Source: Nitrospirales bacterium
GTDB lineage: Bacteria > Nitrospirota > Nitrospiria > Nitrospirales > UBA8639
DNA length: 64,000 nucleotides
Reading direction: 5' to 3'
Assembly: GCA_963555755.3 (NCBI GenBank)
Contig: OY820905.2
Location: forward strand, 416,001 to 480,000
Shown here in pieces: positions 1 through 10,377 of this stretch. Below the pieces are notes generated by a model. That model was not told where the DNA came from and did no database searches. It saw nothing but the letters and a program-made list of their open reading frames with translations. Numbering within the stretch: the first letter of the stretch is position 1; the number at the start of each line of letters is the position of its first letter. Both the position numbers and the translations under genes were made by a program.

Positions 1-1080
1 TTTATCAGCCGACGAAACGAAGCAACTTAAAAAGAACCGACGGAGCCGCAAGACGTCGGTCCGCTTATTGGAACGCTCACGGATTGTCTTACTCGCGGCC
101 GAAGGGATTCCCAATTACCAAATCGCCAGAACCCTGCAGATTGATGTGAACAAGGTGGGGCGGTGGCGAAATCGTTTCGCGGAGCGAAGGCTGGCCGGCA
201 TTGAGAAAGACTTGCCGCGCGGGGCCAATCATGGCGGCAAGAACTCCGCAGCACAAGCGAAACTGCGGTCGAAGATCATTGCCCTGACGACGCAGGCCAC
301 CCCGAAAGACGCCACCCATTGGTCGACCCGCGGGCTGGCCCACGTTCTGGGGATCAACCATTCCTTCGTGAATCGAGTCTGGCGGGAAGTGGGGCTGAAA
401 CCGCATCTCACGATGCAGTTCAAGGTGAGTACGGATCCAGCTTTTGAGGCAAAGCTCCACGATGTGGTGGGACTCTATTTAGCACCGCCAGAGAAGGCGG
501 TGGTGTTCTGCATCGATGAGAAGAGTTCGATTCAAGCGCTGGATCGGACGCAACCAGGCTTGCCGATGAAGCCTGGGCGATGCGGCACGATGACGCACGA
601 CTATAAACGGCATGGCACCAGCACCTTATTTGCGGCATTGAATACCCTGACAGGAGAAGTGATTGGTCAATGCCGCCAACGACATACCCATAAGGAGTTC
701 CTGACTTTCTTACAGAAAGTCGAAACGCAGACCCCTAAGGACTTGGCCTTGCATCTGATTGTGGACAATTATGCGACCCATAAACATCAGAAAATCAAAA
801 CATGGCTGAAGCGACACCCACGGGTGCAGTTGCACTTTATTCCCACGAGTTCGTCGTGGCTCAATTTAGTGGAAAGATTTTTTGGGTTATTGACAGCCAA
901 GCAATTGCGGCGAGGGGTCTTCACCTCGGTCAAAGAGTTGGAGAGAACCATCATGCAATTTATCGCCACGCATAACCACAACAAGAAACCGTTTGTTTGG
1001 ACCAAGTCGGCGGAAGAAATTTTGGTGAAAGTGGGACGGGCGCGTCAAGCCCTCTCATATCAGTAGTCAGTTTAATACAC
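1..1080 (+). mobile_element. IS630-family insertion sequence (left end outside window)
   Basis: Transposase ORF followed by a terminus ...TTTAATACAC and TA (1081-1082), the typical IS630 target dinucleotide. Confidence 0.85.
2..1066 (+). CDS. IS630-family transposase (frame is open from position 2, so the start lies upstream of the window)
   Basis: HTH N-terminus; DDE motifs IDEKSSIQ, IVDNYATH, SWLNLVERFF; PFVWTK tail. Confidence 0.95.
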   Translation, partial: LSADETKQLKKNRRSRKTSVRLLERSRIVLLAAEGIPNYQIARTLQIDVNKVGRWRNRFAERRLAGIEKDLPRGANHGGKNSAAQAKLRSKIIALTTQATPKDATHWSTRGLAHVLGINHSFVNRVWREVGLKPHLTMQFKVSTDPAFEAKLHDVVGLYLAPPEKAVVFCIDEKSSIQALDRTQPGLPMKPGRCGTMTHDYKRHGTSTLFAALNTLTGEVIGQCRQRHTHKEFLTFLQKVETQTPKDLALHLIVDNYATHKHQKIKTWLKRHPRVQLHFIPTSSSWLNLVERFFGLLTAKQLRRGVFTSVKELERTIMQFIATHNHNKKPFVWTKSAEEILVKVGRARQALSYQ

Positions 1081-1826
1081 TACATTAGCGTCTGGCGCAC
1101 ATACCAGCCTAACTCCGTGAATTTAAATGCCGTCTTCCCATCCTCGAATTCACCTGCAACGCGAATAATCCGTTTGTCGAGCAATCGAGCTGTCGCCAAG
1201 GCATACCAATTAGCAAGCTCCTTAACCTCTCTCCCCCAAACGGAATTTGGTTCATACTCAAAGGTTTCCTTGAGTAACTTCACCTCTTCAGCACTCAGTT
1301 GCGCTGTCGCGGTCTTAACGCGAATATCCTTAAGCAGATTTCGTTCACGGAATCGCACCTGAAGTTCCTGGTTGAGACAAATACTCGCATTATTAACATC
1401 TGTGAAATCGAGTTTCATGTGCGGGATCATGCTAACGTCGAATAGAAACTTATCCGAATCGTCACGAAGCAATAGCACTTCGTTTGGTTGCCGACATGCA
1501 AGCGCAATCCCAACTTCGTACATTACGTTTGCATTCCTGTACGGAATACCTGATACCGTGTCCTTGCCGATTGATGAAATGTCAGCAACGATCATTTGTG
1601 AATGTGCAATGCCATCCATGATGTCGGTGAGAATCGAATCTCCAGACTTTGAAATATCAACTCGATAGGCAGTTAATTTAACTTTGTTAATCGCAATACC
1701 TTGAATCGCGGGCAGAATTACTTGGTTAAATCGGTCGTCGTATTGAGGAGCAAAGCTCATTGCAACGAAGATTTGCGGCTTAAGATCCATACCCCAATAT
1801 GTTTCTAGGAATGCATTCGGATACAT
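1080..1826 (-). CDS. Nucleoside 2-deoxyribosyltransferase/TIR-like domain protein with possible C-terminal winged helix; putative defence effector
   Basis: FVAMSF, IVADIS and NANVMYEVGIA (conserved Glu) motifs; stop codon coincides with the IS630 end. Confidence 0.65.
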   Translation of the reverse strand: MYPNAFLETYWGMDLKPQIFVAMSFAPQYDDRFNQVILPAIQGIAINKVKLTAYRVDISKSGDSILTDIMDGIAHSQMIVADISSIGKDTVSGIPYRNANVMYEVGIALACRQPNEVLLLRDDSDKFLFDVSMIPHMKLDFTDVNNASICLNQELQVRFRERNLLKDIRVKTATAQLSAEEVKLLKETFEYEPNSVWGREVKELANWYALATARLLDKRIIRVAGEFEDGKTAFKFTELGWYVRQTLM

Positions 1827-2140
1827 TTTGGGTACCGTAGCGTTGGTTTAATGTACTTGTTAAGTGGCGGCCAAGCCACAAGCATGAAGACTAACACTGG
1901 CACTCAGCCGTGGCATTGCCCCCGTTTCGTGGCCAGATTCGTAAAGAGTAAATAGCGACATTAGATCCCTGCAGGGTTCTTATCTCCCTGGAATGCCCCC
2001 CTATCGCCCCCAAACCACCCCCCCAAACACCAGCTCGTATCGACAAGTTCTTGCAAACGACCTAATCCCAACGGGTTCATTTCCTGGCGTGAACCTCGCG
2101 GGGTGCGACAGAAAAATCTATTTCGGGTACGAGAGTTTAA

Positions 2141-4945
2141 TCACTCCCAATCAGGATTTTTGATTCCAAGGGTTCGGGCGTTCTCCGATACGGCGCGTTT
2201 CACTTGGTCTGAGACACCTCCAGGAAATTCAGTAGAAATCTCTAGCACAACCTTCACGGTAGCATTGGGATCGGAGCAGAGAACGGTAACAATTCCGTCG
2301 GCAAGCTGCACCAGGTGCATCTTTGCGGTTGCGGCTGGAACCTCGACCGAAGCATGGAAGAGTTTTGGCTTGGGATCACCGGAATCCGGGCCAGGTGGAT
2401 CTGGATGTGGCGGTTTTGGACCTGACACCCCTGGTTCAGGTTCTCCTGGAATAGGTTCTGGAGGTTCCGGATGTGGGCGCGTTTTTGCTTCATATTCGTG
2501 AGCAACATTGGGCTCAATTAGAAGCAACGTATCGTCAACTTGAATGTTTGCACTGCCAAGCTCAAAGCCTTCAAAAGTGTCCCCGGACTGGCCATAGGCG
2601 ATGCCGAAGAAGTCTCGGCTAGCCGCGCCAGTATGGATAGCGTGTGCCAGCACTTCGCGGTTCTTGAGGCGTGGGAGATAAAGGTAACGCATCGTATCCT
2701 CCCAGAAGGCCATTACTTTGGCGGCAGGCTGTTCTTGTTTCCAATAGAGTTCTTTAAGTTTGGCACGCAAATGAATTGGTGACCAGGCTTGAATTACCCA
2801 TTCGTTCTCGACGCAGACACGTTCAATCTCACCACCAACCGAACCGCCAGTCGTTGTAATCAAGAACGCCTCAATGGTCGGCTTCGGATCGGTTGGTGTT
2901 TCCTGCACGGGACAAAGGAGCCACCGATAGCACTCGCGGGCTGCACGCGGTAATACGTCTTCTGCCGTTTTTAATTCTTTCTCAGCTTGGTTCTTTTGCA
3001 AGAGGTCAATGTTCAGCCGACCTTCCTTCACATCGTCCACGATCGACCCCCAAGCAAGAGCCACGCGGGCAGCATCAGTGAGGCGCGAAAGCGTCCCAAC
3101 ATCTGCTGAAAGGAAAATCAGGCGATTGGCGCGGTATCGCGGTTTGGTTCCATTGTTGCGCACATAGTCGAGGACGGCCTCGAAAGCGAGGCGTGATTCG
3201 TCGCGGGAATACCTGGTCTCCGGTGAAAAAACGACCAGTCTGAGCGCGCTATCGTCTGGGACATCCCCGTGAGGTGTAAAGATATGGACGCCATCGAAGA
3301 ATGTCGCATGACCGACCACACGCTTGAGTGCTGCAGCAATCTTGCCACGGACTTCCGTTCTTTCGTCGAAGCGGCGTTTACGGTCTTCCATCTCGCGCCG
3401 CAGATTGGCGCGTGTATCAAACCAGAAACGAGTTGTATCCTGAGTCTTATCGCCAGAACTGTTGAGGTAGTGGAGCCGATCAGCCAGACGGTTGAGTGCA
3501 TCGGAATAAACGGAAGACGATTGGCCTGGTTGCAGGCATCCGAGAAGGATGCGAGCCCGGTCAATGCCACGGATACTAACTGTAGTCGCCACTGAGGAGG
3601 GGGCACTGCCAAGGAACAATGTGCGGGCTACCCGGCGGGCTGCGCCCACCTGACCAAAACGCGGTTCCTTGTTCTCTAATTCCGTCGTTTCGGCTCGGTC
3701 ACCATCAATGTCGCGCTCGATCACAGCGTCCCACCCTCCGGGTAGATAGTAGGTCAGCTCATTACGAGTGCTACTATCATGGAGCGGAAGGGTTCCGGGC
3801 AGGATCATGAGGTCCTTGTTGTCTTCTTTCCAGAGACAGTAGATAACTTTTGCCATAAGCTTCAACACACCACGGGTCCGCTGGAAGCCATCAATAGTAG
3901 TCCAGTCTTCGTAGAGGCGGACGAACACTTCCGGGTGGAGGGGGTACGCATTCACCAGCCGATCATAGTAACGACCTTCTTGCGTTTCCGTGGGCATCTT
4001 TGAGCCTTCAGCCACATAAGCGTCGGCAAAAGCGCGACAGACTTCATTGCGAGCTGTTGTATCGCGCAGTGGCTCAAACAAGCGTCGCCGTACAATCTCG
4101 AAGGCTTCTTCGGTTGCAACGGGTTTCCACAGAGCCTGAATGCGACCAAATGTTCCCTCCAAGGTCCGAAGCGTCGCCACGCCCTTTTGGCTCCCTGCCT
4201 CAACATCTGACTCAGGAAGGGAGGCAAGGAAAACCGCATTCGGAACAAGTTTTACCGCTTCAGTGAGCGCCTGAATGAAAGAAATGTTACTGTCATAACT
4301 TCCACCGCTTAAAGTTTGTCCTTCCGGAAACTGGCGGACATAGGCTACTAATTCGTCGATAAGAACAACGCACGGGGCATAAGCAGTAAGCAACTCCCGC
4401 AGGACGTCTTTACCTGGAGAAGTGCCAGTCGCGTCCGCGTCTTTGAGAAGTGCGAATCCCTCGCTGCCACCAAGCTGCCAGGCCAGCTCCCCCCAGAGGG
4501 TCTTGATTGCTTGTTTGCCGCGCTTCCACGGCTGGCCAGGGGCATGAGCGGTTCCATCCAGCACTGCCACACGCGCCTGAGGGACGTCCAACAATTCGGC
4601 TTGGTCAAGCAGTGCAGGAATACCTGGTAATTCCGAGAGCGCGCATTTGCGGGTCGTAAGGTGATAGACCGCGAGCATGGTGTGGGTTTTACCGCCGCCG
4701 AAGGCCGTCTGGAGTTGGACAACCGGCTCGCCACCCTTGCTGATCAGGCGCTGCGCTACTTGAGTGAGTAATAGCCTCATCCCTTCGGTGATAAAAGTAC
4801 GATCGAAGAAGGCAACCGGATCCTGATATTCGTGCGTCGCTTTGCCGCTATAGACGGCCGTAATGTCTGCGGCGAATTCAGATTGCTGAAAGGTTCCTTC
4901 CAGCACGTCACGGTGAGGGACAGCGATTTCTCTCCAGGGCTTCAT
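2141..4945 (-). CDS. DUF499-family ATPase
   Basis: [11 protein letters not shown] start, EFAAD, Walker A FGGGKTH, Walker [17 protein letters not shown]; Pro-rich linker near the C-terminus. Confidence 0.9.
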   Translation of the reverse strand: MKPWREIAVPHRDVLEGTFQQSEFAADITAVYSGKATHEYQDPVAFFDRTFITEGMRLLLTQVAQRLISKGGEPVVQLQTAFGGGKTHTMLAVYHLTTRKCALSELPGIPALLDQAELLDVPQARVAVLDGTAHAPGQPWKRGKQAIKTLWGELAWQLGGSEGFALLKDADATGTSPGKDVLRELLTAYAPCVVLIDELVAYVRQFPEGQTLSGGSYDSNISFIQALTEAVKLVPNAVFLASLPESDVEAGSQKGVATLRTLEGTFGRIQALWKPVATEEAFEIVRRRLFEPLRDTTARNEVCRAFADAYVAEGSKMPTETQEGRYYDRLVNAYPLHPEVFVRLYEDWTTIDGFQRTRGVLKLMAKVIYCLWKEDNKDLMILPGTLPLHDSSTRNELTYYLPGGWDAVIERDIDGDRAETTELENKEPRFGQVGAARRVARTLFLGSAPSSVATTVSIRGIDRARILLGCLQPGQSSSVYSDALNRLADRLHYLNSSGDKTQDTTRFWFDTRANLRREMEDRKRRFDERTEVRGKIAAALKRVVGHATFFDGVHIFTPHGDVPDDSALRLVVFSPETRYSRDESRLAFEAVLDYVRNNGTKPRYRANRLIFLSADVGTLSRLTDAARVALAWGSIVDDVKEGRLNIDLLQKNQAEKELKTAEDVLPRAARECYRWLLCPVQETPTDPKPTIEAFLITTTGGSVGGEIERVCVENEWVIQAWSPIHLRAKLKELYWKQEQPAAKVMAFWEDTMRYLYLPRLKNREVLAHAIHTGAASRDFFGIAYGQSGDTFEGFELGSANIQVDDTLLLIEPNVAHEYEAKTRPHPEPPEPIPGEPEPGVSGPKPPHPDPPGPDSGDPKPKLFHASVEVPAATAKMHLVQLADGIVTVLCSDPNATVKVVLEISTEFPGGVSDQVKRAVSENARTLGIKNPDWE

Positions 4946-4959
4946 GGCCTGTCTCCTTC

Positions 4960-7866
4960 CTAATCGAACAGAGTTGTTTGCTGTGGGCCTGGCACCTTGG
5001 CAGCGGCGGACTCAATCGCACTCCAACTGGTAATAATCTCGTTATAGGCACGGGCGTCCTCGGTCCATCCTTCACGCTCACAGAGCGTGTAAAGGCGATA
5101 CGCGAGCTGTCGCGCGGCTTCAGCCTTAGCCTGAACGGCGGAGAACACCGCGCCAGCACCACTCTCACCTTCTGTTTTGAAGACGCGGACAAGATGATGC
5201 AACGCTTCCCACACCTGCAAACGTTGATCGGTGGTTGGATCCCAATCAGCAGGGTAGTCAGCCCACTTGAGCAGACGCACGACACCCGCTGTTGCAAACA
5301 GCACGCCTGCTTGTTTCACACCATCCACACTCGTACCCTTTGCGCGGGCGAGTATGTCCGCGTCACCGAATTTGCCTTCTTTCCAGCCATACTGCTCAAA
5401 CCAGTGCAGACAAAACTGCGTATCGTGATCGAAGTCATCTTCGGCCAGAAAGCGGTTGATAAGCTGAAGTGCAGTCTTAACGCTCATCGGCTTTCCGTCG
5501 GATTCAAGCACGGCGGAGTATTTGGAAAAGACCGCCATGCCCGGACCAATGATGGCCTGCGAAAGGTCCACTGGTGCGACGAGCGAGCGTTCTCCACCGG
5601 AACCGCGTGTCATTTCGTCGAGAGCCTCTGGTAGAACCTGGTTGAGCTCACGCTGAAACGCCCGACGGGAGGTGGTGATGGCATCATCAGGCCGCGGACG
5701 GCAAACCAGGACGATGCTGGAAGCCAAAACGTTAGATTCCATACCTCGCAGGCGATTGGTTAATTCCGTTCGCATGGGCCATGTGCCGTTTATACTGAAT
5801 CCTGCTCGGAGCACCGCGTCGAGAAAGGTTTCCCACCCCGTACTGGAAATGCCTTCTCCGACAGCGATTTCAGATTGTTTGAATGCATAATAGATGGTGA
5901 CGGGGAAGGCTGGGTGCGACTGCTCAGCAAGGCGGTGCATCGCTTGCGTCATTCCGTTCATGAAGAATTTCCCAGCTGATTCCTTATTACCATGCCGATA
6001 CGCAAAGGCCACCAATTCATCGGACTTAGGTACAGCTAGTGTGGAAAAGAGGTCGGAGAAAATCAACTTTAGTGAACGGCGCAGCCAGACATAAAAAAAG
6101 TCCGATAGATCCGCGTAAGGGACATTGTCATAATATGGTGGATCAGTAGAAACAATCTTACCAGCGGTTACCGATTGGTTCTGAGCGTCAGCAACAATAA
6201 CAACTCCGTTCCCTAAACTTGGGTTACGGTCGAGGACTTTGGTTATCCATTCCAGGTGGTTGTGGAAACATCCACTCGACGAAGAGAAAGCGTTAATCTC
6301 AGCAAAGTCCCATACCATTGGAATGGCTTGTCTACCAAAAGTATGGCCGGTGCCATCACGAGTTGAGTCCCAAGCGCATGAAATAGAGCCGCGATCTGCA
6401 AGTTTGTCTATGGCAAACGATAAGTACACAGCAATCGAATCCGCATAGGCGGTCGCGGCTATACCGCCAGCGTCGAGAGTGCCACTATCATTCGCCATGC
6501 TAGTGGCAATCGCATCCTGCTTCGCCCGCTCGTGTACCTCCCCCACCAAGTCAGAGAATGTTGTCAGCACGAGTAGCTGACGATCGGTGAAGAGTTGGTC
6601 GAACCGCTCCATCCCGTAAGGCTTCACGCCGATATACTGCGTGCTGCCAGAGATCAGCACTTCCGGTTTCCACTCCGGATTCGGTTTGCGCGCGACGGAT
6701 TCATGTTCCGACGTCGGAGAGAGATAGACCCGCCCGCGTTCACCCTCGGCGACGATCGCCATCATGCGTGCACCCATGCGCCCCGCTTTGCCCTCAGCCT
6801 TGATGAAGTTACCCTCTATCGGCGTGCCGGACATCAGGCACTTGAAATTCGCGCCGCGCGCAAGCTTGGTACCCTTCTTCGCCGCCACCGCATCCTTCGG
6901 ATTGCCCGCCTTCACGGTGAATTTGTAGCCGCCCTTCTCAATCACCGGCGCAACATACGCCTCCTTACCTGCCCTGGTGGAGAGGACAAAGGTGGAAGCG
7001 AGAGGAACGTCCACATTGCGAAACGCTGGGTTGGGGCTTTTCACTGTACGCGCCCAAAGCCATGCAATGACAGTGAGTTTCTTGCCAACGAGTGGCTTGA
7101 GGTCAGGGCGATCTTTAGCCATTTCGGGTGTTATTTCGACGGGTGGATAAAGATGACCGATGCGTTTCTGTGCCTCGTCACGCATCCATTGGCCGTAATA
7201 GCGCACGTCTTCTGCAAGACCCTGCGCGCCTTTCCATTCCCGGCCGATTAAGTCTTTCTTGATCTTGGCTTCTGGGTTTACTGGAGCTCGCCCCGCAAAC
7301 TTGGGTGGAATCTCGATCATGGCCTTGTTGATAAGCACCGCTACGGGGTTAAGATCAGAGGCGTAGGCTTCAAGACCGAGGCGTTGCGCTTCCAGGGGGA
7401 TTGCTCCGCCACCCGCGAAGGGATCGTGAAGTCCTGGGAGTTTGCCAGGATTAAAGAGTTCGGCCGCCTGCAGGTGATCTTTATTGAGGTCACAGGTCTC
7501 GCGCCAGGATTTGCGAATCTCTGCGCGGGCTTTTTCCAGCACATCCTCGTTTGTGGTGTTTTCCCATTTGACAAGTTCTTCGATGATCGCAAAAAGCCGC
7601 TTGCGGCTTGCAGCCCAGCTTGCTTTAAGATTATTGGGTGGGATTTCCCCTGCATGTTCTAGCTCCCACTTCCACGAAGGATCGTTGACGAGCTGAGCAA
7701 AGATCACCGCACGAGCCGCCGCTAAAGGGCGGCGAGCCCACCATAAATGCAAGGTGCTGGGATGGCCATGCCGGATTGATTTTTCGCGGACACATGCAGC
7801 ATTGATCGCATCGAGAGGCAACGCGACTTCAATGAGTTTCTTGGGAGCTTTGACGGGATGAGTCAT
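4960..7866 (-). CDS. DUF1156-domain DNA amino-methyltransferase
   Basis: [10 protein letters not shown] and [10 protein letters not shown] (DUF1156), motif I DPFAGGG, motif IV TDPPYY; likely start ATG 7866, 1 nt after the helicase stop. Confidence 0.92.
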   Translation of the reverse strand: MTHPVKAPKKLIEVALPLDAINAACVREKSIRHGHPSTLHLWWARRPLAAARAVIFAQLVNDPSWKWELEHAGEIPPNNLKASWAASRKRLFAIIEELVKWENTTNEDVLEKARAEIRKSWRETCDLNKDHLQAAELFNPGKLPGLHDPFAGGGAIPLEAQRLGLEAYASDLNPVAVLINKAMIEIPPKFAGRAPVNPEAKIKKDLIGREWKGAQGLAEDVRYYGQWMRDEAQKRIGHLYPPVEITPEMAKDRPDLKPLVGKKLTVIAWLWARTVKSPNPAFRNVDVPLASTFVLSTRAGKEAYVAPVIEKGGYKFTVKAGNPKDAVAAKKGTKLARGANFKCLMSGTPIEGNFIKAEGKAGRMGARMMAIVAEGERGRVYLSPTSEHESVARKPNPEWKPEVLISGSTQYIGVKPYGMERFDQLFTDRQLLVLTTFSDLVGEVHERAKQDAIATSMANDSGTLDAGGIAATAYADSIAVYLSFAIDKLADRGSISCAWDSTRDGTGHTFGRQAIPMVWDFAEINAFSSSSGCFHNHLEWITKVLDRNPSLGNGVVIVADAQNQSVTAGKIVSTDPPYYDNVPYADLSDFFYVWLRRSLKLIFSDLFSTLAVPKSDELVAFAYRHGNKESAGKFFMNGMTQAMHRLAEQSHPAFPVTIYYAFKQSEIAVGEGISSTGWETFLDAVLRAGFSINGTWPMRTELTNRLRGMESNVLASSIVLVCRPRPDDAITTSRRAFQRELNQVLPEALDEMTRGSGGERSLVAPVDLSQAIIGPGMAVFSKYSAVLESDGKPMSVKTALQLINRFLAEDDFDHDTQFCLHWFEQYGWKEGKFGDADILARAKGTSVDGVKQAGVLFATAGVVRLLKWADYPADWDPTTDQRLQVWEALHHLVRVFKTEGESGAGAVFSAVQAKAEAARQLAYRLYTLCEREGWTEDARAYNEIITSWSAIESAAAKVPGPQQTTLFD

Positions 7867-8044
7867 GTCACGTTCTTTCAGCGCGGGCGAGGAGGTCCTT
7901 GAGGTCATAATTGATAGATGCCACTCCCCACCCAGGCTCACGGTCAAAGGGGTTGCGGATATAGTGTGGTCCTTCCACTGTATCATCTTCGCCCACGATA
8001 ACGATCCCCAGCACAAACTTATCTCTTTGATTAAAAGCGTGTAA

Positions 8045-9493
8045 CTACTCAGGTGTGATGATCTTTGTAGTGAATTGTGCAGGCATAAAGGGGTGGCCGA
8101 TCATGGCTTGTGAAATGGCTTGCAGCATGTTGCCGCCCTGCTTTCTCGCGGTAGAAAGGTAGCTTCGTATGCGGGCGAACTGCCTCGCGCCTTGAAGCGT
8201 TCGAAAACACCCGGATATTTTGAGGCGGAGCTTGATCATGCGGATATCCTGTTCTGCCAGATTATTAGTGAAGGGAACCTGTCTGTCATGGAGGAACGCG
8301 AGCACGGAGGCTTCATGCTCGCCAAGACGGGTGAGGAGATTTTGGGCCTTGGTCTTTTTGGGCCGGCCTCGTGACTTTTTCTGTGGCGGTGCCGGAAGGG
8401 GGTTGGCCTGCCATCCGAGGGTGAGAAGATCCCTGTATTGTTTCAGCCAGGGGGTTTTCTGTTCTTCCGTTAACTGTGCGAGTTGCTTGCTGACAAACAC
8501 GTTCATCGTCAGCAACAGGTCAAACATGTGTTTGGCCCATGGTTGTTCGTGCTGCTCGAACAGGCACGTGAGTTCCCGCAAATGATGGGCGTTACAGAGG
8601 CCGTGGGCACAGTCATAGGAGAGATAGGGTTTCCAGAAATCGTGGATCAGGCGGCCAGCAAAATCCGGGAGGATCTGGAACTGCTCGATCGCCTCTCTTC
8701 CCCGTTTGGCGTGCACACCGTAAAAGGTCAACGTGGCCGTGCTGGCACTGTGGAGCCAGTGGAGCGTCCCGGCCGTGCGGACGCCGCTTTCATCGGCATG
8801 GAGGATGGGACTCTTGCCGAGCGCTTCTTTGACCGCAGTCTCGAACGGCGCGAGGTGCTCATAACTTCGGCGGGAGGCCTCGTCAATGGTGGCGTCGCTG
8901 ACCGAGGCGCCATACAGATCAGCCATCATCTGGCTGACACGGCGTAAGGGGATCAACTGTTGGTTCTGGAGGTAGACCAGGAGGCTGCGAAATCTGGGAC
9001 CGTACTGTGCCGGCGCAGGCAGGTCATCAGGAAATGACGCCGTGACCGAGCGGCCGCATTGGGGGCAGGTTTTGATTGCTCCCCGATATTCGGTGACGTC
9101 GAGTTTTGGCTCCGGCAGTTCAAAGAGCTGCCGGCGTTCATAGCCGGTGACCGTCTCGTTGGTGAGGTCGGCATGGCAGGAACAGGAGTGAACAGGCAGG
9201 TGGACCAGGTGGTCTGGGGTTTCCACCTGTTTTAACGTCTGGCCGGCATGTCCCTGTTGGCCGCCCGGCTTTTTCCCGGAAGGTATGCGCAGGCTCTTGG
9301 TTCGGGGCTTGGCCGGTCCATCGGACGAGGGCGGTTTGCTGCTGTTGCGACTGTGTTGGTCGAGCCGCTGTGCCAGTTCGGTGACATGCGTGGTCAGCGC
9401 CTGCCCCTGTTCCTGCAGCGCCAGGATCAGTTCGACGAGCGCCTCGGGGTTGCTCTTGACCAGGATGAGGAGTGCGTCGCGGGTGAAGGTCAT
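8045..9493 (-). CDS. IS66-family transposase
   Basis: NSSKPPSSD, zinc finger [31 protein letters not shown]. Confidence 0.95.
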   Translation of the reverse strand: MTFTRDALLILVKSNPEALVELILALQEQGQALTTHVTELAQRLDQHSRNSSKPPSSDGPAKPRTKSLRIPSGKKPGGQQGHAGQTLKQVETPDHLVHLPVHSCSCHADLTNETVTGYERRQLFELPEPKLDVTEYRGAIKTCPQCGRSVTASFPDDLPAPAQYGPRFRSLLVYLQNQQLIPLRRVSQMMADLYGASVSDATIDEASRRSYEHLAPFETAVKEALGKSPILHADESGVRTAGTLHWLHSASTATLTFYGVHAKRGREAIEQFQILPDFAGRLIHDFWKPYLSYDCAHGLCNAHHLRELTCLFEQHEQPWAKHMFDLLLTMNVFVSKQLAQLTEEQKTPWLKQYRDLLTLGWQANPLPAPPQKKSRGRPKKTKAQNLLTRLGEHEASVLAFLHDRQVPFTNNLAEQDIRMIKLRLKISGCFRTLQGARQFARIRSYLSTARKQGGNMLQAISQAMIGHPFMPAQFTTKIITPE

Positions 9494-10377
9494 GGCTTGC
9501 TCCGGCAGAGGGCCTGTCGGAAGTGGCGGATGAGGGGATAGAGATAAATTGCCTTCACCGGCACGCGCAGAGCCTTGTCACGGTCCTGCCGGGACCGGCC
9601 TTTGGTCTGCCCGACATAGAGCCAGTTCGCGGCCTGATAGCAGATACCTTTGAAGCGGTCTCGCTCCACAAAGGTCTCCACCAAGTGGACGGGATGGCCG
9701 TATTTCTCGATCCAGTCCTGCCGGAGACGTCTCATGACCCGGCCCAGGAGATGGCTGGCCAGATGCGGCACACGCACCCAGGGCAGGATGAGAAAGCGGG
9801 TATTGTTGGTCATGAAGTTGAGGTTGGCGGCTCGGGTGTCCGGCTCCCAGCCGATAAAGGTGTCGCGCGGGGTGGTTTTCCAGGCGGCGGAACCGAAGAG
9901 GAGGCAGGCCAGATCCTGCCCGGAGCGATCCCGCACCAGGTACTTGAGATGTTCACCGACCGTTCGGGTGAACCCGAGGTAGTGATGGTGGCTCAGGTAA
10001 TATCCCACACAACTGGCTTCGTAGGAATGTGAGGTTGGAATATGAATGGACAGGGGCGTCAGGGTCTTGAGAGCTGCGTCGATGTGCGGGGCTTCGGGAG
10101 GCATAAACCCCTTTCGGAAAGGGGGGAAGATGTTGCGTCGAGAGGCGACACGAATCGGGGGCAGCTTCAGGAGCCCGCGATGTTCGAGTTTGTCGATCAT
10201 GCTGCGGGCGGCAAAGGTTTTCAGTTGTCCGGACGGGGTCTGCCAGCCCCAGTGCCGACAAATATGCTGGGTTATTTTATGGCGGCTCCAGTCAGGGTGC
10301 CGGCAAACCAGATGGCGTAACCAGCACAGATCAGATTGGGGGAGGCGACGACCTTGACATGTAATCGCTTCATTCAT
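9490..10377 (-). CDS. DUF4338 (Druantia DruA-like) domain protein inside the IS66 element
   Basis: HHYLG, NNTRFLILPW, HLASHLL, LVETFV..RF.G.CY.AANW...G.TKGR motifs; ATGA overlap with the transposase. Confidence 0.85.
   Translation of the reverse strand: MNEAITCQGRRLPQSDLCWLRHLVCRHPDWSRHKITQHICRHWGWQTPSGQLKTFAARSMIDKLEHRGLLKLPPIRVASRRNIFPPFRKGFMPPEAPHIDAALKTLTPLSIHIPTSHSYEASCVGYYLSHHHYLGFTRTVGEHLKYLVRDRSGQDLACLLFGSAAWKTTPRDTFIGWEPDTRAANLNFMTNNTRFLILPWVRVPHLASHLLGRVMRRLRQDWIEKYGHPVHLVETFVERDRFKGICYQAANWLYVGQTKGRSRQDRDKALRVPVKAIYLYPLIRHFRQALCRSKP

Noticed and set aside
7867..8016. N-terminal extension of the methyltransferase shown in the ORF track
   Set aside because: This DNA encodes the helicase C-terminus in another frame; the family-typical start is [14 protein letters not shown] at 7866.
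9490..10377. Druantia defence system
   Set aside because: Only the DruA-like domain is present, and it lies inside IS inverted repeats; no DruE helicase or other Dru genes.
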